Below the pieces are notes generated by a model that had not been told where the DNA came from, did not search any database, and saw only the letters and a program-made list of their open reading frames with translations. Below, one piece after another: positions 21,167 through 32,183 of a stretch of 64,000 bases of DNA. Numbering within the stretch: position 1 is the first letter of the stretch; each line of letters opens with the position of its first letter. Where the stretch lies: positions 1-64,000 of IMG/VR virus record IMGVR_UViG_3300030329_002226; one strand, given 5' to 3'. Both the position numbers and the translations under genes were made by a program. Source of the DNA: an uncultured virus (IMG/VR IMGVR_UViG_3300030329_002226) (lineage: Duplodnaviria; Heunggongvirae; Uroviricota; Caudoviricetes).

Positions 21167-22090
21167 TTATTGTTTTTCGTTTATTTCATTAGCAGCTAAT
21201 TCTTGAGATGCTGCTTGAATTATTGTAGGATCTTTTATTGTTACCCCTGCATATTTTAATATTTCTAATATGACAGTACTTTGTTCGGATATATCTAATT
21301 CAAAATCTACAGAAGTAGTAGCGTCATATACATAATATCCTGTTGCTGAAGAAAAATTCCAAACAACATCATTAGGTTTTCTTAAATATGATATAGTAAT
21401 ATCAGATGTTATACTTTGTGGATATATTATTATATATCCTTTTTCATATAAATAAACTGGAAAATATGTAGAAGGTTTAGTAATAGTTGACATGTTCATT
21501 TGAGCTAATTCATTTCTTTGAATAGCTTGTACTTCTTTATCTGTTTTATATAAAACTGTTCCTAATTTATAAAAATTTTCAGGATATAAAGTTATAACTA
21601 AAGTAGAACCAGCCGCGATAGCTCCTGCGGTTAAATTAAACACTCCTCCAGTAATATTATAATTAGCATAATCTACACCATCTAATTTTACTACTACTGT
21701 ACTTGTTTCTACTTGTGCTTGTGTTATTGTTGTGAGGGTATAAGCCGTTTGGCCATTAACGGTAGCAAAGGTTTGTGTACCGCTAGCAACTCCTGAAGTT
21801 GTTGGAGTTGTAAAATAATCTTCACCACCAGCTACAGCTGTATAAGTTCCTGTACCTAATACTCTAAAGATATCTATTTTTTCTTGAACTGTTTTATAAC
21901 GATCTCCATATTCACTTTCGTTTTGAGGAAGACGCATTTGTTGATTTAACGTTTCAAAGTAAGTCTCAAATATTTCTAATTGTACTTGAGTTGCAATTTT
22001 ATTAAACTCGTCTGGAGTTAAGTAACCTCTTTGTTCTTTATTTATTATTAACAAGACCGTTTTATAAACTTTGTCTACGTTTATCGCCAT
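21167..22090 (-). CDS. Tail tubular/adaptor protein
   Basis: NKEQRGYLTPDEFN...YLRKP motifs; synteny. Confidence 0.55.
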   Translation of the reverse strand: MAINVDKVYKTVLLIINKEQRGYLTPDEFNKIATQVQLEIFETYFETLNQQMRLPQNESEYGDRYKTVQEKIDIFRVLGTGTYTAVAGGEDYFTTPTTSGVASGTQTFATVNGQTAYTLTTITQAQVETSTVVVKLDGVDYANYNITGGVFNLTAGAIAAGSTLVITLYPENFYKLGTVLYKTDKEVQAIQRNELAQMNMSTITKPSTYFPVYLYEKGYIIIYPQSITSDITISYLRKPNDVVWNFSSATGYYVYDATTSVDFELDISEQSTVILEILKYAGVTIKDPTIIQAASQELAANEINEKQ

Positions 22091-22113
22091 TGTATTTTTT
22101 TTATAATAATAAT

Positions 22114-22139
22114 TAAGTAGCCGTCGAAACGACTACTTA
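22114..22139 (-). terminator. Hairpin with TTCG loop, putative terminator
   Basis: Minus strand TAAGTAGTCGT-TTCG-ACGGCTACTTA. Confidence 0.5.
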
Positions 22140-22154
22140 TTATTATACATTAAT

Positions 22155-22922
22155 CTATTTTAACTTTTTTTCTATAGATTTAAAGACTTCTACACCTTCA
22201 TCTGTTTTAAAGAATGCAGCCATAGCTGAATAAGGGTTTTCATCAAATGGAATATTCATTAATTTTTTGTTATTACTAGCCCAACTAAAAGATCTTTGAT
22301 CTTGAGCAAGTCTAATAATTCCTGCTTCTTGAGCTTTAATAGCAACATTTCTTAACTGAACATTTTCATCTTGTACTAGTTCAATAAATAAAACTGGATT
22401 TTGTCTAGCAAATACTAAAATATCTCTTTTAATTTCTTTTGAAGACATTTCATTTACTTTACTTCCCATTTCTACTCTTAAAATAGCTTCAGCAATATCT
22501 ACATCTATTGATCGAGCAGCGTTAAGCGCATCTACTTGTAAGTTTAATAAAGTTAAATCATCAGTTGCTTCTTCTACTGCATCAAATTCTCCATAAGATT
22601 TATTACGTAATGGATGATATAATGATAATAGTTTTTGCAAATTTTGTTTTTCCTTTGGTACAATTAATGCTCCATCTTTAAATATGATATGACCTAATGT
22701 AGCTTCTCCTTGTTGTTCATCTACAAAAGGTGAATCTTGATTAGTAGCATATCTTAATTCTCGTTGTGAACCTTTTTCTTCATCAAAATACAATAAAGCA
22801 TGTTTACGAGTATGTTTGCTTGGTATAGTATAAGTTAAAGGTTCAATATTATTTTTTAAATAATATCTTCTATCTTTCATTTCCCAACCGTCAGGTTGAG
22901 TAGTTTTTTTATTTTTTCCCAT
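22155..22922 (-). CDS. Conserved structural-module protein downstream of MCP
   Basis: 255-aa ORF; synteny only. Confidence 0.5.
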   Translation of the reverse strand: MGKNKKTTQPDGWEMKDRRYYLKNNIEPLTYTIPSKHTRKHALLYFDEEKGSQRELRYATNQDSPFVDEQQGEATLGHIIFKDGALIVPKEKQNLQKLLSLYHPLRNKSYGEFDAVEEATDDLTLLNLQVDALNAARSIDVDIAEAILRVEMGSKVNEMSSKEIKRDILVFARQNPVLFIELVQDENVQLRNVAIKAQEAGIIRLAQDQRSFSWASNNKKLMNIPFDENPYSAMAAFFKTDEGVEVFKSIEKKLK

Positions 22923-22945
22923 GATATAATATAATTAAATAAGTT

Positions 22946-22978
22946 AAAGGTATATGGGCGCCGAAGCGCCCTTACCTT
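22946..22978 (-). terminator. Intrinsic terminator after the major capsid gene
   Basis: Minus strand AAGGTA-A-GGGCGC-TTCG-GCGCCC-ATA-TACCTTT. Confidence 0.65.
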
Positions 22979-22987
22979 ATAAATCAA

Positions 22988-24430
22988 CTATACTCCTTTG
23001 AATAATACAAAGTTGTTAGCTGCTTGAGTTACTAGACATCTTTCTGATAAGAAGTTAACTTCCATAGCATCAAGAGTAGAAGTATAAGCACCGCCAACAG
23101 AACCTGTTAACCATGACTTCATTCTTCTATCATCAGCTTGAGAAGCTCTATATCTTACATGTAAGAAAGGTCTTCTAATGTTAGTACCTAGAATTTGATC
23201 GTAAACAGTAGAAGTTCCAGCAGGTATTAAAACACCTTCAATAGAACTAGTACCAGTCATACCTCCTCTAGTTGACGCATCATTTAGATATTTCCAGTCA
23301 GTTTTATAGAAGTCATAAGAACCTCTTCTAAAACCAGAGAAACCTAAATTAAGAGCCATTTCTTCTGAATTCTCAAATAAACCGAATGCAGTACCACCAA
23401 CAGATCCTCCTGATATAGCTGAAAGCATATCATCGAAATCTAAGGCAGTTTGTCTTTGTAAGAAAAGCATGTTTTCTTCAATAGCACCCTGTGTATCTAA
23501 GTTTTTAAGAATAGCATCAAACGTATCAATACCAGCAGCAGCAGTAAACCCAACATTTACATTACCTCTATCAGCGATAGCAGCAAATAAACCTTGAGTA
23601 CCTTTAGAAAGAGTTTTTAGAGCAGCAGGTCCGTTTTCACTTAATTCACCTTCTACCATTGCCATTTCTAAATAATCTTCAAATCTTAATCTAGTTTCAG
23701 ATTCTGCTTTAAGATACCATAAATATCCGCTTGTTCCGTCTTCAGTAGCAACTTCCACCCAACCAATCTGAGCAGTGTCAGAACCAGAAACAACATATTT
23801 GCTTCTAATTATAATTGGAGAGTTAGAGTACTGTTGAAAAGCTGGATCAACACTTATATACTGATCACCTGTTACAGCACCTGCAGTATCAGAAGCGTTT
23901 GATACAGATTGACCTTTTTGAACGTCAGAACCATAAACAAACATCTTACCTGTTGCTGCTAAGCTTTGTAAGTCAGCTGCTGTATAAGGATATACCGCAA
24001 GTACACCAGTAGCAGTATTACTAGATAATACGTAACATTTCATTTCTACACCAAGACTGTCCATAAGAACAATAGTGCTTTTAGGAGATACTACATTTTT
24101 TACTGTAGCAGTTACAGCAATTGTAACAGTATTTACACCTACACCGTTTCCGATAGTAACATTGTCATAAGCAATATGTAATCTATTTTGCTCAGACCAA
24201 ATTACTTGATCAGATGTCATTGGCATTTCCGCACCTACCATTCTCAAGAATCCTGATAACGTTCTGTTTCCATAACGCTCAACTTCTTGTTCGTAGATTT
24301 CAGGAAGATATTGCTGCGCAAAGTCAGCAAAATTATCGCCAGCTGAATCTGTCCACTGTAAGTAATTACTGTTAAGTAGCTCCTGTTTTTGTGATGGGAC
24401 AATAGCCCCAAATTGTGGAGTTAAACTCAT
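22988..24430 (-). CDS. Major capsid protein
   Basis: 480 aa, downstream of scaffold and portal, highly biased codon usage, followed by a strong hairpin. Confidence 0.8.
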   Translation of the reverse strand: MSLTPQFGAIVPSQKQELLNSNYLQWTDSAGDNFADFAQQYLPEIYEQEVERYGNRTLSGFLRMVGAEMPMTSDQVIWSEQNRLHIAYDNVTIGNGVGVNTVTIAVTATVKNVVSPKSTIVLMDSLGVEMKCYVLSSNTATGVLAVYPYTAADLQSLAATGKMFVYGSDVQKGQSVSNASDTAGAVTGDQYISVDPAFQQYSNSPIIIRSKYVVSGSDTAQIGWVEVATEDGTSGYLWYLKAESETRLRFEDYLEMAMVEGELSENGPAALKTLSKGTQGLFAAIADRGNVNVGFTAAAGIDTFDAILKNLDTQGAIEENMLFLQRQTALDFDDMLSAISGGSVGGTAFGLFENSEEMALNLGFSGFRRGSYDFYKTDWKYLNDASTRGGMTGTSSIEGVLIPAGTSTVYDQILGTNIRRPFLHVRYRASQADDRRMKSWLTGSVGGAYTSTLDAMEVNFLSERCLVTQAANNFVLFKGV

Positions 24431-24441
24431 TTTTGATTTTT

Positions 24442-25647
24442 TTAATTGTTAAATTTTCGTGTTTTTATTTTCAGTTTTGAAGCATCAGAGCCACTTATCG
24501 CTTTTACTTTAATACCACCAACAAACACATCTCCACCACTTTCTTTTCTAGGTTCAGTACTTAAATTTTTAGTTTTAGCAACTAAATCTTTAGTAGCATC
24601 TGCCTTTCCTTGTTCGTAAAAATGTTTTGCAATAGTATCAGAATGTCTAGCTGCATACATAGCTTTGTGATATCCCTGTGGATCTGTTAACATACCTTTA
24701 TCATCTAAGAACGTCTTAACAAAACCGGTAATGTCTGTTTGATTATCCACTATTTCTTTAGGATTTTTTACTCCGTATCTAAATTTTTTCTCACCTACTT
24801 TAAAATCAAAACCTTTGAATTCATCAGTAAAAGTATCTTTAGTTACTTTTTGAAAAACCTCTCTCTGTTGAGATAATGTTTTCTGATCTTCATTATAGCG
24901 ATTGAAAAAATCTATAGCTTTTTGTTGATCTTTATTTACGTTAGATTTCAACTTGATTTCTTCGTAATATTTAGTTTTAAGATCATCTAAATAACTTTTT
25001 GCTTTTCCAATCTCTTCTTTTTTTGCGAGTTTCTTTTTTCGGATATCTCGCTCCTCATCCACGTCTTCATTTATTTTAAAGTTGTCTTCTAATAAAAAGT
25101 TAACTTCTTCAAAAGTTAAATGAGGTCGTGTTTTACTGTAATATTCTCTTAATAATACGTCAGTATCTACATTAGAATAATCTGCGCTTAATCTGACGTA
25201 ATCTTCTACCGTTCCTCCAGTTTCTTCCATAAATGAAACCAGTTTTTCTATATTTTCTGGTAATTCTTTGACAGGTTGTTCTACTGGTTTGGTATCTTCA
25301 ATCTTTTCTTTTGCCTTTTCTTCTTTCTTTTCTTCTTCAGTTACTGGTATTTCTTCAATAACATTCTCAGTGGGCTCTTCGTGTGTTTGTCCCACTTCTT
25401 GCAATCCCACCTTGGATCCTTCTTCGCGTAACACGCTCTCCTCTGTTTTTTGTTCTTGAACGGCATCTTTTGTTTCTGTTTTAGTTAAATCTACTTTAAT
25501 TGGTTCACTAGCTTTTTTCACAGCTGCTAAATCAATTTTTACTGTTTCTTCTGGAACAGCAAGTTTTTTAGGAGTTTTTCTTTTTTTAACTTTAAAATCT
25601 CCTTCTTGTTTTACTTCTTCTTGTGAAGTTTCTTTTGTTTCTGACAT
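24442..25647 (-). CDS. Capsid scaffolding-like protein
   Basis: Acidic, Lys-rich disordered N-half; between portal and MCP. Confidence 0.6.
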   Translation of the reverse strand: MSETKETSQEEVKQEGDFKVKKRKTPKKLAVPEETVKIDLAAVKKASEPIKVDLTKTETKDAVQEQKTEESVLREEGSKVGLQEVGQTHEEPTENVIEEIPVTEEEKKEEKAKEKIEDTKPVEQPVKELPENIEKLVSFMEETGGTVEDYVRLSADYSNVDTDVLLREYYSKTRPHLTFEEVNFLLEDNFKINEDVDEERDIRKKKLAKKEEIGKAKSYLDDLKTKYYEEIKLKSNVNKDQQKAIDFFNRYNEDQKTLSQQREVFQKVTKDTFTDEFKGFDFKVGEKKFRYGVKNPKEIVDNQTDITGFVKTFLDDKGMLTDPQGYHKAMYAARHSDTIAKHFYEQGKADATKDLVAKTKNLSTEPRKESGGDVFVGGIKVKAISGSDASKLKIKTRKFNN

Positions 25648-25680
25648 AATATAATATAATTAAATAATTAATAAATAATT

Positions 25681-28095
25681 TTATCGTGGTTCAAATTGTT
25701 CTAAATCAAAACCACCTAATGAATCAAAACCTGCAGATTCAAAATCAGTAGGCAAAGCATTGTTTTGTCTTTGTTGTATTAACTCTGATTCCTGAGTTCC
25801 TTGCATTTTAATTCTCTTATCTTTTCTATCTTCTATTTCTCTTTCTTTAACTGTTTCTGCATCAGCTTTAATTCTTGCTAATTGCATGTTATACTGAAAC
25901 TCTTCTGCCATTAATTCTTTTTTAATACTTGCTTCTGTTTGCATTCTTTGTATTTCAAATTGAGATTTAGCTTGTTCTATTTGAACTTCTGTTTCAGCTA
26001 AAGCTTGTTGCTTTTGCATTTCAGCTAATGTAGCTTTTTCAGCTGCATCAGCATTTGCTTGTGCTTGTAACTTAATATTTTCTTGTTGATGAGCTTGATC
26101 TTTTGCTAATTTTTGTTTACGTTTTAATTTAAGTAATTGATTAGCTAATTTAAGATTTTTTATTTGTCTAATATCAATAGCGTCATCAAGATCTATACCA
26201 CCTGAAGCTAATGCTGCTTGTACATTTTGTTCTAACATTTGTCTTTCAACATCGTCAGGTTCTAGTTCTAAGAATATACCGAATTCTTGTAAATTTTTCT
26301 CCTGTAATTCCTCTAATGTTCCAGTATTATAAGCGGAAATAGAGTCTATTAAAGCAGCTCTTGTTAATGGATATTGTAAAACATCAGCTATTCTTAAAGA
26401 AATATTTTCGCATAATCGTAATGTCACGTATAATCCAGCTTTCATTACATGTCTTAAAGCTGTATTACTATTAGCTGCTGCTATTTTTTGTAGTCCAACT
26501 AAAGCTTTAGTATCAGGAGTACTAGCGTCTGTTGCTTCATTTAATCCGGTTACATCCCTTATCATTTGTAAATAATACTGATATGTTTGAATTAAACTAG
26601 CAATTTTTTGACCACCTGAAGATGTTTGTAATTCTTGTATTGGTACTTTTGCTCTATTTATATCTCCCTCTTGTGTCATAGATCTACCCACTATACTACC
26701 AGTTTGGAAATACATATTTAGTGCTTCAGCAGGATTATAATTAGTTCCATTACCCAAATCAACCTCTGTTAAACCATCTACATCCATAAAAACTCCATCT
26801 GGAACCATACGTGCTAACACTTGTTGAAGTTTTAAATGAGTAAGTTGAATCATATCAGCAAAACCTGTGATACGACTGACTGTAGATTCAATCATTCCTT
26901 TGTACATTTTAGGTGCACAAATACAATAATTCATATTAACTCTACTCACATTAGAATTAGGTCTAGTCATATTCTCTGCTAATTTCCATTCTAACATCAT
27001 TTCATGTCCTAAGATTTTAGCGCCTTGATATAATACCTCTATAGCTCTTCCTACTCTTTCAAAATTTTCACTATCTGGAGGATTAAATGTATCTGGTTTT
27101 TCTAATGCTTTTTCTAATCCTTGTTCGGTTTGTTTTATTTTAAAAACTTGATTACTATAAGTTTTGTATTCAAAATATAAAACCTGTACTTGATTATATG
27201 AATCTTGTTGAGCGTAAAAGTTTCTAGTATAATTAGCATTTCCAGGATATTTTTGAATTTTTTCTAATTCTTCATCTGTTAACCAAGGAAATTGTTTTTT
27301 AACTTCTACTAAACTTAATGATTTAACTTCTCCAACATAGTATATATCTTCAAAATTTGGATCTTCTGTATAAGAATATACTAAATTAGCTGGATCAACA
27401 TATTCAACATTAATTCCATTTGCTAAATTAAAACTAGTCTTTGTTGCTCCTATTCCTATCACAGTTAAATCTTGTAATAACCTACGTTTTACTAGTTCAT
27501 ATTTATTAGAAGCTAAAACGTTTTCTATAGCTTCTTCTTCTGCTATTTCAATACTTTGTTTATAACTTAATTGCATATGAAGATCTAAATCTTCTTGAGT
27601 TTCTGGAATATTATTAGGATCAGCAGAATTAAAAAAGTTCATACCAGTTGCTTCTTGAGTAGCTTTTATCATTTCTTTAGCATACATGTCTCTCATTATA
27701 GCTTCCGCGTATTTTGTTCTTTGTTGTAAAGCTTCAGGATCTTGAGCAAAAGCTTTTATGTCATATACTTTTTGTGACATTCCATTTACTATAATATCTA
27801 CAAATTTAGGAATTATAGGAACTGGTTTCCAATCTAAATTTAAATAAGATAAATCACCATTAACAGCTAGTTCATCTTTATATTTTTGAACAGGTTGTTC
27901 GCCTCTTGCATATAGTCTTAATCTATGGAAATTTAACCAACTATTTTGATATCTGTTTCCCATACCACCTCTATCTCCAGAAAACCACTCTCCTTCAATA
28001 GCACGTCCTACAGCATAACCATATTCCATTGTTTGCTTTTCCGCGTCTGGTACCACCTGACTAGGAAATGAACCCGCATAATTGTATGTTATCAT
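25681..28095 (-). CDS. Portal protein
   Basis: 804 aa with PIIPKFVDIIVNG motif and C-terminal coiled coil; directly follows terminase. Confidence 0.8.
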   Translation of the reverse strand: MITYNYAGSFPSQVVPDAEKQTMEYGYAVGRAIEGEWFSGDRGGMGNRYQNSWLNFHRLRLYARGEQPVQKYKDELAVNGDLSYLNLDWKPVPIIPKFVDIIVNGMSQKVYDIKAFAQDPEALQQRTKYAEAIMRDMYAKEMIKATQEATGMNFFNSADPNNIPETQEDLDLHMQLSYKQSIEIAEEEAIENVLASNKYELVKRRLLQDLTVIGIGATKTSFNLANGINVEYVDPANLVYSYTEDPNFEDIYYVGEVKSLSLVEVKKQFPWLTDEELEKIQKYPGNANYTRNFYAQQDSYNQVQVLYFEYKTYSNQVFKIKQTEQGLEKALEKPDTFNPPDSENFERVGRAIEVLYQGAKILGHEMMLEWKLAENMTRPNSNVSRVNMNYCICAPKMYKGMIESTVSRITGFADMIQLTHLKLQQVLARMVPDGVFMDVDGLTEVDLGNGTNYNPAEALNMYFQTGSIVGRSMTQEGDINRAKVPIQELQTSSGGQKIASLIQTYQYYLQMIRDVTGLNEATDASTPDTKALVGLQKIAAANSNTALRHVMKAGLYVTLRLCENISLRIADVLQYPLTRAALIDSISAYNTGTLEELQEKNLQEFGIFLELEPDDVERQMLEQNVQAALASGGIDLDDAIDIRQIKNLKLANQLLKLKRKQKLAKDQAHQQENIKLQAQANADAAEKATLAEMQKQQALAETEVQIEQAKSQFEIQRMQTEASIKKELMAEEFQYNMQLARIKADAETVKEREIEDRKDKRIKMQGTQESELIQQRQNNALPTDFESAGFDSLGGFDLEQFEPR

Positions 28096-30309
28096 TTAAT
28101 CTATTATTTTTGAAATATATCCTTTGTTATTATATTTTCTAAAACCTAATGGTTTTGGATCTAATTGTCTTTTAAATATAGGTTTATAAAGATTTTTATT
28201 ACAACCCATTATAGCTAAACCTGAGCTAATAGAAGCATCATGTTTTGTTCTATTATTTATATCAAATCTAGCCCAATCTTCTAATGTTTTTTGAAGATAC
28301 ATATCTCCATATTTAGTTCCCAAGTTACCAACGTAGGTTTCAATATAAGATTCTATCGCAGCTGCATGAGCTTGTTTTACATCTTCACTAGAGTTTGGTA
28401 TACCTCCAATCTCTCTTTCAGTAACTGATAATTTATTATAAAGTTTATCAGGTCTATTCATACTAAACCCTCTATATCCTCTTCTTTTAAAATGATATAA
28501 AAGTCTAGGTTTATTATTTTCTACTAATATTGGCATTCCATAAAATACACATGCCATTAATACATCTTCAAAGAATATTTCTGCTGTTTGAGGTCTAGCT
28601 ATGTATTCTAAAAAGAAATGATTAGGTGGAATATCTTCCATGCTAAATTTCGTAAGTCCGTGTAACGAACCATTTGATCCTCTAATATCCACTGTACCTG
28701 AGATATCATATGGGTCACAACCAAAACATCCACAGTGTTCGTTACCAGGATACCTTATTCCATCTTTCATTATTACATTATTTTGTAAATTATATGGAGG
28801 TGTCCATGATATTTTAAATCTTCCTGAAGGATTTGGTACAAATAATACTTTTGTATCCTTAACTCCGTGTTCCCATTGAAAAGAACCTTTAGTTACTAAC
28901 GCGTGATTTTGAGAATCTTCGTTATAATCTATTTGTTCATATATTTTAACTAGATTAAATAGTGAAGCTTTTGATTCATCTCTAAAAGCGTGTTGCGTTG
29001 TTCGTGGAAATTGTCTATAAAATTCATTTAAACCATTTTGATCTTGTTTAAGACCATCTACTTCATTTTGCCAATATTCAATAACACCTAATTCAATTTC
29101 TTCGTTTCTCGGACCTTTGACAGGTTTCGACGGTGTTTCGAAGACAGGTATTCCATAAGAATCAATGTATCCTTCGTAATTCCATTCCATAGGAATGAAC
29201 AAAGAATAGAGTCCTGAGCGAGTCTGTCCGTTGGCGTTTCTTTTTGTGACATCTGAATCATCGTATAGTTTTTTAAAGTTATCTCCACCTTTATCTAAAG
29301 CATTAGAAGTAGAACCCATCATACACTTACCTATAATTCTACTACCTAACCTTAATGTGGTTTTTGTTACTCTCCAATTATTTAGAATATTGTTTGGTTT
29401 TTCCCATTTGCCACTTTCATCATGTACTAATAGTTTTAATTTTTCACCATCATAACTATTATCTCCTGTATTTTTCCAGTCAATAGTTGTATCTAATCCT
29501 TGTAAATCTTCACTTTCTGTTCCTAACTCTATCTTTCTTCTAGTAAATTTAGAAGCTGGGACTCTATATGCTAATTCTGTTTTAGGTCGATCCATACCAT
29601 CTTGGATGGGCTTAAAAAAGAATGGATAATTAACTGATATTGGTACAACTTTATCAGTAAACATTTTTTTAGCATCTGGTCCAGTTTTAGATAATATTCC
29701 ATATCGGGAATCACTAGATATTGTTGCTAAATTAACAACCTCTCCTGATGCCATAAAAGAAAATCCAGAACGTCTATTCTTAAGATAACACATTCCATAA
29801 CATCTTTTATCAGCTTTACATGCTTCCCAAAACACAAAGAATAATCTATTAGCTTCTCTAAAATCTGGAGCTCCTACATCAATTTTACTCCATTGTAAAT
29901 ACATATAATGTGTACCAGTTAAATAAGTAGGAATATCTTTATTATAATACCAAAATCCTTCTTCCCGTCTTTTAAATTCTTGATCAATATATTCAAACCA
30001 TTTTTCTTTAAAATCTTGTGGATATTGTTTCCAATCAAAAACTGTTTTAATTCTACTTAATTCCTTAGGATATTCAGCTTTTTCAAATTTGTTAGTTTTA
30101 AATCTATGTGGTTTATTAGATTGTTTAGGAAGTGCTATTTTTAAATTTTGAATTTCATATATATCACCAATTTGACCTGTTTTAGATATAACAATAACAT
30201 CATGTTCTTTATTGTATCCATATTCCCATTTTTTATTTTTATTATTTCTTTTTATTATATGGGGCTTTATATGGTCTGTTAATATCTTATATAAAGTTTG
30301 TACGTACAT
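28096..30309 (-). CDS. terL: Terminase large subunit
   Basis: Walker A variant LKNRRSGFS, Walker B LLVHDESGKW, nuclease GCDPYD. Confidence 0.85.
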   Translation of the reverse strand: MYVQTLYKILTDHIKPHIIKRNNKNKKWEYGYNKEHDVIVISKTGQIGDIYEIQNLKIALPKQSNKPHRFKTNKFEKAEYPKELSRIKTVFDWKQYPQDFKEKWFEYIDQEFKRREEGFWYYNKDIPTYLTGTHYMYLQWSKIDVGAPDFREANRLFFVFWEACKADKRCYGMCYLKNRRSGFSFMASGEVVNLATISSDSRYGILSKTGPDAKKMFTDKVVPISVNYPFFFKPIQDGMDRPKTELAYRVPASKFTRRKIELGTESEDLQGLDTTIDWKNTGDNSYDGEKLKLLVHDESGKWEKPNNILNNWRVTKTTLRLGSRIIGKCMMGSTSNALDKGGDNFKKLYDDSDVTKRNANGQTRSGLYSLFIPMEWNYEGYIDSYGIPVFETPSKPVKGPRNEEIELGVIEYWQNEVDGLKQDQNGLNEFYRQFPRTTQHAFRDESKASLFNLVKIYEQIDYNEDSQNHALVTKGSFQWEHGVKDTKVLFVPNPSGRFKISWTPPYNLQNNVIMKDGIRYPGNEHCGCFGCDPYDISGTVDIRGSNGSLHGLTKFSMEDIPPNHFFLEYIARPQTAEIFFEDVLMACVFYGMPILVENNKPRLLYHFKRRGYRGFSMNRPDKLYNKLSVTEREIGGIPNSSEDVKQAHAAAIESYIETYVGNLGTKYGDMYLQKTLEDWARFDINNRTKHDASISSGLAIMGCNKNLYKPIFKRQLDPKPLGFRKYNNKGYISKIID

Positions 30310-30590
30310 TATTTAGACCTTCCTTCTGCAAAACCTTTAAAAGGTTTTTCTTTTTTAACTTCATCTTTTTTAGGTTTGTCTTCTAACATATTTTTTTCTT
30401 CTTCAATTCTATTTAAAATCTCAAAAGCATCAAAAATAGCTAATTTTTTAGTAGCAGCTGCATTCTTTAGTCTATCTGCTGAGATATCATCATCTGAATC
30501 AACAATAGGTTCTTTAGCTACTTTAATTAGCTCATCTACTGCTACTTGCCCAGCTTGGATTATATTCTTCTTGGTTTCCTTTATTTTCAT
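30309..30590 (-). CDS. Probable terminase small subunit
   Basis: Small helical protein whose stop overlaps the terL start. Confidence 0.45.
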   Translation of the reverse strand: MKIKETKKNIIQAGQVAVDELIKVAKEPIVDSDDDISADRLKNAAATKKLAIFDAFEILNRIEEEKNMLEDKPKKDEVKKEKPFKGFAEGRSK

Positions 30591-31140
30591 ATTTAATTAC
30601 AATATCATTTGATTTCATACAATATAAACGTTCATTATCTATAATAAATTCCCATTCACCGTAAGGAGTGTAACCTACGAGATCTCCAGGATATATTTCT
30701 TTATCATCTAATGAACTATTTCCATATTTTAATATCCCTATTAAACTAACTTCTTTATCGTTGTTTAGAGATTCTTTATTTTCAATAGGTTTTATAAAAC
30801 ATCTATCATTAAAAGAATTCCATGTATCATTTCTTTTATATAAATATACTTGATCGGGTTGACAAAAATATAAATTATCTTTAAACCATGATCTACTTTT
30901 TTTCTGAACACCTTTAGTGTTATAAAAAGTTCTAAACACGTTTTGATGAATAATTAATATATCATCTACTTGTATTCCTGTATAATATGCCAAAGGAATT
31001 GCTTTTACTTTAGCATATCTATTTACAAATTTAAAATTTTCTATACTTGAATTTAAAATTAGTTCTTGGTTCTCTACTTGAATCTTATTACTATATGTTT
31101 CACCTAGGGGTTCTACGATAAAATCATATAAACTTCTCAT
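30532..31140 (-). CDS. GroES-like (tandem co-chaperonin-fold) protein
   Basis: Two GroES-like halves (IQVDDILII; IYPGDLVGY...EFIIDNERLYCMKSNDI). Confidence 0.5.
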   Translation of the reverse strand: MRSLYDFIVEPLGETYSNKIQVENQELILNSSIENFKFVNRYAKVKAIPLAYYTGIQVDDILIIHQNVFRTFYNTKGVQKKSRSWFKDNLYFCQPDQVYLYKRNDTWNSFNDRCFIKPIENKESLNNDKEVSLIGILKYGNSSLDDKEIYPGDLVGYTPYGEWEFIIDNERLYCMKSNDIVIKYENKGNQEEYNPSWASSSR

Positions 31141-31370
31141 TAGTACTCTAAATCATATTCAACTGATATAGCCATGTTAGAATTAAATTTTTTCCATGGT
31201 AATACTTCGTTGTTTTTCTTTATATAAATGTTATATGAATTATCTTTTTCTTCAAATAAAATATGAGATATCTCATGCCCTCCATAAACTTGTTGTCCTA
31301 CAGCATAATGCATTGCATCATTTTTATAATCAGATCCAATACTTATTTTTCTAATATTATTTTCCATCAT
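31140..31370 (-). CDS. Hypothetical protein
   Basis: 76-aa ORF coupled to neighbours. Confidence 0.55.
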   Translation of the reverse strand: MMENNIRKISIGSDYKNDAMHYAVGQQVYGGHEISHILFEEKDNSYNIYIKKNNEVLPWKKFNSNMAISVEYDLEY

Positions 31371-31614
31371 TTTCTACAGATTCTTTTATAGAACCATCAT
31401 TCAAATCTATAGTTACTTCACCATATGTTTTCTGAAGATTGTTTTTAACTTCAACTATCTTAGCGTCGTTTTCATTAAAAGTTTTTATCAAATTAGAAGT
31501 TTGAATTTGTAAACTTCCTATTTGCATTGCTAAAGTATTAGCATGTGCAGTTAATTCTTGAACTTCTTTTAATTCTTCTTCTTTAATTTTATTTACTTTT
31601 TCTTTTGTTGCCAT
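31357..31614 (-). CDS. Small coiled-coil (prefoldin-like) protein
   Basis: Heptad pattern ending YGEVTIDLNDGSI. Confidence 0.45.
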   Translation of the reverse strand: MATKEKVNKIKEEELKEVQELTAHANTLAMQIGSLQIQTSNLIKTFNENDAKIVEVKNNLQKTYGEVTIDLNDGSIKESVENDGK

Positions 31615-31645
31615 AATTTAATTTAATTTAATTATTAATTATTAT

Positions 31646-32161
31646 TTAGTTTGATTTCTCTAATGCTACAATATTAGATACCCCACTAGTTCCAGTAGAA
31701 TACACTCTAACAATTTGTAGATCATATATAGTATTAGCTTCTATTCCTTCTAAAGTAACTTGATTTCCACTAATATCTAATACTTTTATTTTTTTATCTC
31801 CTGCAGAAGTTCCTACATAAAATGAATATCCATTATTTCCAGCTTGATTGCCTTTATATATTTCATATCCATCTGTCGCTCCTTGGAATACATTAGTACT
31901 TATAGATAATACTGTATCACTATCTACTTTTGAAATTTGTGATATATTATTAGGACTATCTGTAGTATTATATACTACATCGCCATTTTCAATATTATAA
32001 CCTACAAGATTAGTTTTTGCATTAGTCCATTCTGCACCCGTATCTTCTATTTTACCAGCTCCAGCACCAGCAGTACTTGTTCCACTGTCTAGAACACCAG
32101 GTTGAGGTATATTAATAGTGTCACTTGGAATTACACTAATTGCTGCTATGTATGTGCTCAT
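31646..32161 (-). CDS. Beta-rich virion protein (decoration or spike base?)
   Basis: Gly/Thr/Ser-rich; ends IVRVYSTGT...IVAL. Confidence 0.4.
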   Translation of the reverse strand: MSTYIAAISVIPSDTINIPQPGVLDSGTSTAGAGAGKIEDTGAEWTNAKTNLVGYNIENGDVVYNTTDSPNNISQISKVDSDTVLSISTNVFQGATDGYEIYKGNQAGNNGYSFYVGTSAGDKKIKVLDISGNQVTLEGIEANTIYDLQIVRVYSTGTSGVSNIVALEKSN

Positions 32162-32183
32162 TTTTTTATTTATTTATTTGTTA